Assembly: GCA_051362555.1 (NCBI GenBank)
Contig: CM120644.1
Coordinates: 23,768,534 to 23,832,533, forward strand
Source: Lingula anatina
Taxonomy: Eukaryota; Animalia; Brachiopoda
DNA length: 64,000 nucleotides
Direction: 5' to 3'
Positions 37,620 to 48,064 of this stretch are shown one piece after another (the stretch's first letter is position 1; the number at the start of each line of letters is the position of its first letter). Under the pieces are notes generated by a model, which was not told where the DNA came from, made no database searches, and saw nothing but the letters and a program-made list of their open reading frames with translations. The translations under genes and the position numbers were made by a program.

Positions 37620-38697
37620 CATGGATACACACTTTTAATGTAGACCATTAAAAGCTTTCAGAACAAAAAATATACTCTGTATAAAATGATAACTAATTTT
37701 TAAAGCAGCATTGATGTAGCTTAAAGGAACACTTCTTGGTGTTTTCCAGTCCAAATCATTTCCCCTGCGGAAAAGAGCACTTTTTGTTACTCCCTAATTA
37801 TACAACTTGACCCGTCCCTTCATTTGGATTGGATGTTTTATTCCATTTTAAATTTAATACTCTAGTTTAAAATGACTGACCGGTCTAAGTAACGACATCT
37901 GTCGTCACGTGCATTGCCTCGTTTTCACATATAACAAGTTCCAGCACGTGAATAATACAGATGCCGCAAGCTGGCGATGGCTACCCAAGGTCCTTGAAGG
38001 AGGCTTAAAATATAATAACGCCACAAAGTACGCTTCAGATAAACTTATATTCAAAGGGTTTAAGTGTATAATGAGACTGAATTGGGAAATATCAGAAGCT
38101 CAAAAGGACGTCAATATGACTGAGTGGGATTCATTTTCAACGCGAGGAGAGATTGTCTTTAATTCACCTTGGCGGGAAAATTACCATGGAGTGAACATTT
38201 AAAGTGAACATTTACGAGATTCTGGTGCATTTTATTCCCTTATTCTGTCCACACTAAATTGATCATTTTTTAAACCAAAATTGGAGATAAAGTTAATTGG
38301 CACCAATTCTATGGTAGGAGGTGCAGCAGTTGTGTTAAACTTTGACCATAACATGTTAAAACACTACATTTTATAGACTACAGTTTGGTAAAGCGGATAA
38401 TCGGTTTGTCCTCGAGAAATTCTTGAAAGTGTAAGTGGGATCTTATTTTCTGTCTGCATGACATTGCAGTATACCTAATTGATTTTTCACTCAAAACCCA
38501 CACTTAACAAAACTATGGATTAACGTATACAGTAACTCAATCAAACACCTAAACGAGCTTGTCAGTTCATTGACGCATGAAAAAGTATAAAGCCTTGTTT
38601 GTATAAAATGTTTAATTCATGTGCCACGCGAGACTTCCCGCACCTGTTGAAGGCTTCTCTTTCTATGTGTCATTAACAGGGTGTGTGGTTAGTCTTT

Positions 38698-38952
38698 GAT
38701 CGCATTCACAACGAGTTGAGCCAGGCTTTACAAATCCTGGGGACTAAATATGGCGGACGTAAACGCCTCCCCATGTGTCGTCCCAATGGATCCGAGATCA
38801 AATGACTGTCCCCCCGCAGGGACGACGTGTGGGGAGGCGTGTGAGAGGCGGAGAGACTATTAAAAGATTAGGCGGTTTTTCTTTCATGTACGTCCGCCAT
38901 ATTTAGTCCCCAGGATTTGTAAAGCCTGGCTCAACTCGTTGTGAATGCGATC
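38698..38952. mobile_element. MITE with ~63-bp perfect TIRs
   Basis: 38698-38760 is the reverse complement of 38890-38952; TTT on both flanks; one arm recurs at 43188-43326. Confidence 0.88.
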
Positions 38953-40248
38953 TTTGACTCCGGCTGGAATGGATTTATCTTCATTTTGTTTCGGTTTAAT
39001 GAAGTCTATAATCGACAAAAGGAAATGGAATACGGTGGGGTCTATGCACAAACCAAGCTGCAGGTGGTAGAATAAATCTATCGGCAAAAAATATGGACTG
39101 TAATATATAATATAAAAATCAATACAAGATTAATATTTAGCACCTCACGGTTCGAAAATCATCGGAAATTACCCTTCAATGACAGTGTACCCCGTATTAA
39201 AAGAGGAACACACTGGGGTATGCTAACATAGAGATGAGCTTTCAAATAATCTCGGAAACACAGGGTGCTTAAAATATGACATATCGCGTCAATGTCATGA
39301 TTCTCACCTTGCGCGTGAATTCTTCTAAAATTCCTATGGCGGATGTTAGAGCCTGCGGGTGTAGCATATTGGGTAGGGATGGGGTTTGCCCTGCCTTGGT
39401 TGGTGGAAGCACAAATAAAAGCCTCTGTAAACAAACCTGGGAGTCGATAAGCTCCTTCGTCTCTTTTTTTAATTTTTTTTTTAGCAAGCCGTGCTCAACA
39501 CGAGGTTATTTCCACGAATTCGCAAAAATAAAATAAATACATAAATAAATAATAAATCAAAGGTAGACTAAATATTACTAGTAACAGTTATCCAAAACAA
39601 CAGCTTCATTGCACAACAAATAACGCAACTATCTCTGCTAGGAGAGGAGAAAGAATAAAGGGACAGACTTTCTGTTTGGTATTTTCCCTTCTAAGGTTGG
39701 TGGTGCTCAAAATTGGAGCTCACACTCGCATGTTTACACATTCGCTTGTTTACTCGCTTGTTTGCCTCGAAGGCGGCTTCCGGACAAATACATTGCGGTA
39801 AAAAATGTAAATACACAGAATGCACGAATACGGCGGGAAGTGATCACCTGAAACAATTTACTACATTGATTTGTTATTTACTCTGAGTTGTTCAAACCTG
39901 TCAGCATCATCACCCAAGGATTAAATGGGGGCAACAGATTTCAGTGCCGTTTAACTAGACATAGAGAACAGTTCATGCTTGGGCGTTAAATTTAGGTTTA
40001 CAGACGCTTCCCTGAACTGCGTATGAGAAAGGCTTCATGTGGATGTATTAAAACAGTGAACATTTAATACCAGCTGTTAAACTACACGTCCATGTAAAAG
40101 CAATCCTAGTAAATGTCATTAGGAAATAGCCAAATCATCTAGCCGATTGTAAAAACGTGGGTTTTCCTCTTTAAAAGGCGAGGACACAGTGTAAGAGAAA
40201 ATTTTAAAAACATATTGCCTTCGGTGAAGAATTTACACAAAGAACACG

Positions 40249-42558
40249 ATGACAAGAATCGGATACATCTTCGTGGTGTTTACGGTTATAGGACATTTCA
40301 ACCAGGTTAAGACATGCGACAAGTGTGTCACCTTCAAAAAACAACCTAAGAAAATTTGTCCACGGAATCTGGATTATTACGACCTTTCTGTGCAGTATGC
40401 CGATGTTGATGCAGGGTGCAAATTGTGCTGCGTTAAAGAGTGCATTAATCTCCCCGCCTGCGTCTCTGTAGCCTTTGACGAGACAACAGGAAAGTGTGAG
40501 ATGTCGTCTCAGATGCTTGATAAAAGCTCATCAACGATGGGAGAAAACTGCGTCTACTACACATCGGTAAGAAAATAGTTATCTTTTCTGTTTTTGCCAT
40601 TTTAGTTTGAACGAGAGAGAGAAAGAGAAAGAAAAAGAGAAAGAAATTGCAACATATAGTTTTTTAAAAGATATGTGTTATCTACTTTTTATTGTATAAA
40701 GGAGGGATTGCAATAACGTGAACGGGAATATAATATTATTAATGGGATAGACGAAATAGATGTATGAATGCAATTTTTTTGGGGCAAGGACTGAGCAAAC
40801 AATAAGACTGGGTTCCCATGCGAATCAGCTAGGGTAAAGATAATTCCCCCTAACAGCTTTACTAGGAGTGACAGACACTTAAACCGGTCAAGTTAACAGT
40901 AATAAATTGAGTCTCCCCAGGGAGATCTCAGGGAGATCGATCCAAATATCTGTGGGAATGGTCCGTTAAATATTTTTCTGCTGTTTTGATCGCAATATAC
41001 TGCAGCCGAGAAAACCTAAACCCTCGCAAAATGCCGCGATATATCGTCCAAGAATCAAGAGATATATTTTTGCGGCATTTCTCCCCTGGGATCAAAACAA
41101 TGACGGCCAGCCAGATATTTATCACTAGGAAATGAGTTAAGGCTATCTCAAAGGTCCAGATATATTCAATAAAACTAACTTTTTTGCATTTTAGGGCCGC
41201 ACTGAGTCAAATTACATAGCAGCAGCAATTCTAACTACAAGCTCCAACACAGTGCCCACCACTACTACCATGACGCCCACCACAACCACTTCAACGCCTT
41301 CCACAACCACCACGCCCATAACAACTAACACGCCTACCACAACCACCAACCCCATAACAACCAACACGCCCATTACAACCGACACGCCCATAACAACCGA
41401 TACACCTACCAGAACCACCACGCCCATAACAACCAACACGCCTACCGCAACTACCGCGCCCATAACAACCGACACACCTACCACAACCAACACGCCCATA
41501 ACAACCAACACGCCCATAACAACTGACACACCTACCACAACCAACACGCCCATAACAACCAACACGCCCATAACGACTGACACACCTACCACAACCAACA
41601 CGCCCATAACAACCAACACGCCCATAACGACTGACACACCTACCACAACCAACACGCCCATAACAACCAACACGCCCACCACAACCACCACAACGCCCAC
41701 CACAACCACCACCACGCCCACCACAACCACCACGCCCACCACAACCACTACCACCACGGCACCAGCAACTTTACGTAAGTATTAACAAATGTTTAATTTA
41801 CACCCTTTTACACTGGACGGGGTCCCTTGTGCGTCTGTTGACGACCATGAAACTGGCCAGTTCGCTGTTGGACGCTCAAAGAAGGCACGGTGACCTCAAT
41901 GATCGCACAGAGAACGGTCATGCATCGCCGGTAACGCCATGGTCGCCACAAAGTCTTGAACATGTTTAAAACAATCGCACAAAGAATGCGGTGGATGTTA
42001 GTCGCTTCAAGATCGCTCAGTGGAAGAAGAAAGGACGAGGACCGCCTAAGTCGCTGGTAGTTTTACAGGAAAAATTTAGATTTGGTCGTTCAAAAACACA
42101 AAATGATCACGGAAAAATATATACTGAAACAAGATTTTCTTGCTTTGGCGACCATTGAGCGTTCTGGCCACATTTGGGGTCGTAGAGGAGACGAACAGAG
42201 GTCGTATTCCAGTGTAAAATGGGCCTCAATATCCATTACGTAGACGTCACGTGATAATGTTATGTGTATATTGTGTGTGCTGAAATGTGGTTCTTTGATA
42301 AAAAGACATTCAGTTTTTTTAACCCATAGAGCCAACACCTTTTTTATTTTAATTATAATTTCCCGCCCTTTCACAAAATTATCAGATTTATTTCGCTTTG
42401 GCATGAGTTTCATTTGAAAGTAAATGTGATTTATCTAGATTCATAACCATTCCAATATAGTTGTGACCACTTATCAACCAGAATTGTCTTAATGTTTTTT
42501 TCTAGACATCGTATTGATTTTACTCCACATTTCAATTTTGATGATGATGATGATTATG

Positions 42559-42618
<60 letters not shown>

Positions 42619-42843
42619 TTTTTTCTTGCTGTTGTTATTATCATTATTATTATTATTATCCCACCCACAGGTCCCCCGTGCTCCCAGCAGACCTGTTCCT
42701 ATCACGGCCAGTATCTACGGGGGCCCACAGTGGACACGTACTGCCTGTGTAACGGCAACACGCCGGTCCAGAATTCCTGTTCGTCTGGAGGGATCTGGTG
42801 TCACACTAGGACAATGTGTGTGCCCCCGGACTTCAACTGCTGA
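40249..42843 (+). CDS. Gene C: signal peptide + PAN-like + long Thr/Pro mucin stalk + CBM14 (chitin-binding type-2)-like C-terminal domain, ~356 aa; join(40249..40566,41195..41774,42671..42843)
   Basis: TCG|gtaaga, ttttag|GGC, C|gtaagt, ccacag|GT; 1071 nt open. Exons 1-2 are homologous to A/B. Last exon PPCSQQTC...YCLCNGNTPVQNSCSSGGIWCHTRTMCVPPDFNC fits Y-x2-C-x9-C-x2-G-x2-W...C. AATAAA at 43117. The last-exon assignment is less certain than exons 1-2. Confidence 0.8.
41290..41755 (+). repeat. Coding 18-nt tandem repeat encoding TT(N/D)TP(I/T)
   Basis: ACAACCAACACGCCCATA-type units in gene C exon 2. Confidence 0.93.
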
Positions 42844-43187
42844 TCTGTTTAAGTCGTACACTGGACGTTATCCTGAACTTAAGCTGAAGATGTGTTTAAG
42901 TCGTACACTGTACGTTATTCTGACCTTCACCTGATGATATGCTATTGTCGTTTATTGGAAGTTACTCTGACACTGCTGATGTGTTAATGCCGTTTATTGG
43001 CCGCTACATTGGATTTTATATCTTTATACTGCAAAGTTGGAATTTATTGGCGCTTTCACCAATTATTCCTTTATTACCATAAAAAGTCGGTTGGATAATT
43101 AGGACCATCAAAACTGAATAAATGACGCACTTACGCTCAATAAGGGAACTTAGAATTTACTAATACTATAAAAAAAACATTACTTAG

Positions 43188-43730
43188 ACCGCATTCACAA
43201 CGATTTGAGCCAGGCTTTACAAATCCTGGGACTAAATATGGCGGACGTACATGAAAGGAAAACCGCCTAATCTTTTAATAGTCTCTCCGCCTCTCACACG
43301 CTTCCCCACACGTCGTCCCTGCGGGGTGGGCTACAGTCATTAAATCTCGGCTCCGTTCGCCATGTGGAAGCTACCTGAGAAAAAGAAATGAATTGGCTCG
43401 TAGAGCAGCTATGAATCGGGATCAAAATCGTGAACACCCCCCTTCCAGTTCGATCAGGCGTAGGAAACAAGGCAAACATCAGCATCAGAACGAACTGCGC
43501 CCTCTGACGAGACTGCATACGCAAACATTCCGTCCTCCTCCTCCGCCGTCTACTGGGGCTGGGTATCTCCGTGAATATCTCCGTGAATATCTCTGGTGAC
43601 ATTATCTCCGTAGATAGCCGATTCATTGCTGCTCTACGGGCCAATTCATTTCTTTTTCGTCTCCTTTTTGAAAGATAATAGAACAGTAGAGCTTTTTTCC
43701 TTCGATCGCCTCCATCCGCCATGCTTTCTT
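43188..43730 (-). mobile_element. Transposon relic sharing its terminus with the 38698 MITE
   Basis: 43188-43326 is nearly identical to the reverse complement of ~38812-38952; adjacent basic 142-aa ORF of unknown nature. Confidence 0.55.
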
Positions 43731-44525
43731 CACCTCGAGTTTAATTGATGAGCATGCGCACTTACAAAACCAAACTGCACACAAAGGCCCGGTTTCATCA
43801 AGGCTGGATAGCGATATCCTATGGATTAAAAATGGCAGCCATCCTCTGGATAGAGCTATCCAGAGGATAGTGCGTTCCATCAACAATGGATAGCGTTATC
43901 CAGCGGATAAATAAGCTTATCCAGAGGATAAAATTGTCCGCTCGAAATAGGTGGGATAAATGTGCTACCATGCTGTTAAATCATCAAAAATTTGAGAACC
44001 TGCCTGGTTTGGCAGTAAATCTTATGAGGTTTCACAGGCCTAGAATGATTAGAGAGAGAATTTTAGAAGCTCTAGGTGTGTTTGCTTTTGATGCCCTGAG
44101 TGCTACTTAATCAATTGTTTAAATAACAGATTTATCAAAGTTGACATCACGCCCGCTACAAACAGAACCCATGCACTCTCCGTGAGAGACAAATTATCTT
44201 TTATTTTACTAAAACATACCTTTTAAATAGACGAAAAAAATCTACATTGCTGTTGACAATATCTGCTAAACGTATCTAGTCAGCCATTTTATTAGGAACT
44301 ATCTCACGACCTTGCCCTTCCACTGCAAATTGTAAACATTGCATGAGGCACAACTAATGCAATGTAGTCTGTTTTGACACTGACTCTAAAATATCCTGTA
44401 GATATTATTCTATTTTATTTATATGTAGATTTAACTGCACCCGATTGTGATGATTTATCTATGTACCCCCCCCCCCCCCCCCCCTTTATGGAGTTATTTT
44501 CATTCACTATTTAAATACTTATTAA

Positions 44526-44857
44526 AGGGATAAAATCTGTGGCCAAAAATGAATATTTTGGGAGTGAAAGGCAAATTTTCCATACTTACCAATGCTTAAT
44601 GAATCCATTCCCACATTCAAAGTAAGCTCCTGTTTTTTTTTTTTTTTTTTAAGTTTGGTTTTCTGTAATATTGTCTTAAAAGATTACAGAGTGTAGCCAT
44701 CTATGGAGGTCACGTGATGTGATAGCGAGCACAAATTCCGGAATAATTGACTTAAGCACTGGTTTTGGTGGTAAAATGGAATTTATTATATTTTAATGGG
44801 CTGTTGACAATGCATTAATTGTGAAATATGGTTAACTTAAGCACAGCTGTTATCCCT
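44526..44857. mobile_element. Kolobok-like MITE; second copy 61342..61680
   Basis: TTAA|AGGGATAA...TTATCCCT|TTCA; interior matches the 61342 copy. Confidence 0.7.
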
Positions 44858-45147
44858 TTCACTATTACATTGTACATTATATCCATTCTGTCTTTGTTAA
44901 ATTTGACCTGGCCTTGATATGGTGGCTGACATCAATGATTTTCCTTGATATTGTAGTCTTTTGTAATTTTTATCACAAGAATTAGTCAACACATGGATTA
45001 GTTGGTTATATAAGTGAACCATGTCAGAAAAAAACAAACAAACAAACAAACAAATAATCTCAGTCAAAAACATATATTTGTGACATTGGTGTAAACGTTT
45101 ATTTTTAACGAGTTCCCCATTAAGTATTAAGGGTTTAGTCTCTCTAT

Positions 45148-45419
45148 CAGGGGCGGATCTAGGATTATTTGAAGGCGGGTCTGCAGATGCGATGCCGACT
45201 CCCCCCCCCCCCCCCCCCCGCCCCCCCCCCCCCCCCCCCCCCAATTTGGCGTGGTGTTCGGGTCCCGCTGAAGGGCCCAGAAAATTTTTTGGTATTTTAG
45301 AAGACTATTTGGTGCTGTTAAAACTATGATTCAACTAGTCGAAATTGTAATTACAAGAGGGAACCAAAAATCGAAGAGGGGATCAGGATCCCCCTTGACC
45401 CCCCTCTAAATCCACCACT
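45148..45419 (+). mobile_element. Non-autonomous element, same family as 21378..21630
   Basis: CAGGGGCGGATCTAGG...CCTCTAAATCCACCACT termini. Confidence 0.65.
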
Positions 45420-46565
45420 CTATATTATATATGTACTTATATACTGACGCGGGTTACCCCAAAGAAAAAAAGGAGAAATAGGTAAAGCGCCCATATTCTG
45501 TTGAAGTCTCTGTATCAGTTATAAAATTTTCAGTTATTCTTAGCTTAGTACACTGTACATGTATAAATTGGTTCAATTCCTTTCTAATGTTATATACATG
45601 TATTTTAAGATTTATTTATTATTATTTTAAGTAACCCAGTAATTTGTAATGATGTATATTTTTATTTCTAGAATAAAATTATAGGTTGACGCATTGACAA
45701 ACACGTTTTTTTTCAAATCGGAATTGATGGGCATGGTGCTTATGAGCCTGTATTTTATGCGCTATTTCATAAAATTAGGACACCTAGAGGGCCACAGTGA
45801 CGAGTGACAGGAAAGAATTAATTTGGACCCAAATAAAATGCAGTGATTATTGGATAACAAAGTCTGAATTCAGAGTTTTGAATGAACATCAGAAGGAGAG
45901 GTGGCCCTTAAAAGTAAGATAAATGCATCACATATGTGATTAGTATCGGTTTTATTTGAATGTTTCACACAGCCGTCTCCAAAGTCATCATGTTGAAGCC
46001 AAAAATAATGTTAAAATCATAATAAAGCTCAATGCATGTATCAATAGAAATTATAAATCGACCAACTCAATCCTTCTTCATACCTATGTACTTTTGCTAT
46101 ATGCTCTCTCAATTGTCTATACTGTATGTGTCTAATAGAGAGGTGAATTCAACTTAAACTCTAACAATATCCTTGTGGTCAGATTCCTTTGTTTTTCAAC
46201 ATAGTATCAGAGCCAAAACCCCGTAAAATCAAACACTTGGACGCTGCAATTGAGCTCGAAAAGGTCACGTATTATTTATTCATTGGAATTATACAGTAGT
46301 GTATTTTTGTTTCATATGACAAACATTATCGACAAACGTCGGGAAATTCCGTATGCCATCGACATCGCTGTGCTGCGTGTACGGAAACAGCCGAGCTGAC
46401 ATGGGTTGTTCAGTTTTGATACCCCTGCCATCAAAAACAGGTTTGGTCATCCCATTTAACTTGATCTGCACTTTCAAAACAAAAGTAAACAAATTAAAGT
46501 TATGCAATATGGATATAATATCGTCTATATACGTTTGTCCTCCAATTCAGCGTTTAACCTCTGAA

Positions 46566-48064
46566 TTAGCCTTGATAGGGATGGCTGTTCTGGAGGGGAT
46601 TATAGCTGTTGCCTTGGTAACCACCATGCACGTTGCCATAGCCACTGTTACCATGACGCACGTTCCCAGGACCAGAGACACAAACACGGGCGTAGCGGTC
46701 AAAGCGCTGTCCGTAGGGACAAGGCTTGGCGAACGCTTGACCGTACTCGTCGCACTGCCAGAAGCAAGATGGGTCGTCGTGGTTCTCGTAGTAGTCCCCG
46801 TCTGTGTACACGTTGACTTTGTAGCCGTAGCCGTAGCCCTGGCGGCCGTGAGGGCTGTGTACGTTCACGTCATAAGGGTCGTAGGTGAAGTGGGATTTAC
46901 GGCTACGACACACGTCTAAAATGAAAAACAATCTATTATAGGTGGTGTGAAACACTGGTAAAAGCAATTAGTTCTTTATTTGCCTGTTCCATGAATTGAA
47001 TTATCTGTACGTGGTTAAAGGCACTGTTCAAAAAAAAAAAAAAAAAAAAAAAAAAGAACGAAAACAGTCACAGTCAAGCATTCATACATCAATGGTAAAA
47101 TCATGCTCGTTTACCGTTGTATATTTCCCTGTCCTGCCCCCTCCCCTACTCCACCCCACCCCCAGCATCAACCTTGGTCTCTTATGTAGTCCATGTGTAT
47201 AAACATCAATGGAGTAGATGTGTGTAATTTTTATTTCAGGTGATCGATATCATAAATGAATATTATATTATGTTGGCAGATTCAATACCTTGCCTCAGGT
47301 AGCACGAAATAACCGTCTGCCTCCTTGTCTCGAAATTCTTGGATACAGTATAAATACAGTTAAAGTTGAAAGAGGGAGGATGGATCTAAACCTAAGGGGG
47401 TCACACTCCCAATGTGATTCACAAAAATTGTTTACAGGGGTTGGAAGATGATAATGAAATCAGTATGAACAAAGCATTTCAAGTAATTTGATGAAATGTA
47501 ATAAAATTTTTGAATAGTTTATACAGACAACTCCTCCTTCTCGTCATCTTTGCAAAACCATCTTAGGGGTATCTGTATAAAGTAGTAATTTTTCATTGCT
47601 TCAAATTCGTTAGAAGTCTCTATCCCAACAGTACAGTAGAGTGTACCACAGGCAATATGTACACGTATATATAAACATTCTGTTTACATGGATTGTACTG
47701 TGCCCTAGACCTACTTTACCCTCTACCATGGCGACAAATACCTTTTCCACAGATATTCACAGATATGTCTATAGATAAATAGAAAGTCATTTTGGCTCTC
47801 AATCAGCAAAAAATGTCCACAATAATATCTGCGGCCATGGCAGAGGGCATAGACCTACTTCAGCTGGCCCATAATACTTTTTTCGTCTTATACACCCCAG
47901 ATATACACGTATATACGTATTTTGTACTTACATTGGTCTCTGTATGTTTCTGCACAGTACTGACATTTGCTATACATGTACTGATCGTGGTACTGGTTAC
48001 AATGGTTGTACGACGCGGTGGTGGACGCGATGGACAGTGCAGCCAAGACAAGGAGGAACTTCAT
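46566..48064 (-). CDS. Gene D: small secreted Tyr/Gly/His-rich protein with CBM14-like domain, ~160 aa; complement(join(46566..46915,47932..48064))
   Basis: MKFLLVLAALSIASTTA signal peptide; T|gtaagt donor and ttttag|AC acceptor, phase 1; DDPSCFWQCDEYGQAFAKPCPYGQRFDRYARVC; homologous to gene E. Confidence 0.85.

Larger units (their letters stand above)
21882..38260 (+). repeat. Copy 2 of tandem segmental duplication
   Basis: Colinear coding and non-coding similarity to 6..15060. Confidence 0.85.

Noticed and set aside
41212-41757. 181-aa Val/Gly-rich minus-strand ORF
   Set aside because: Antisense shadow of the Thr/Pro repeat exon of gene C.
42514-42670. Poly-Ile hydrophobic N-terminus of the 109-aa ORF
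   Set aside because: Intronic (ATT)n microsatellite upstream of the acceptor at 42670.
42841-43015. Repeat translations such as SYTGRY/PFIGRY resembling neuropeptide precursor units
   Set aside because: Units are in different frames, interrupted by stops, and lie after gene C's stop codon.
46353-46919. 188-aa hydrophobic plus-strand ORF
   Set aside because: Antisense to gene D exon 2, which has splice signals and homology to gene E.
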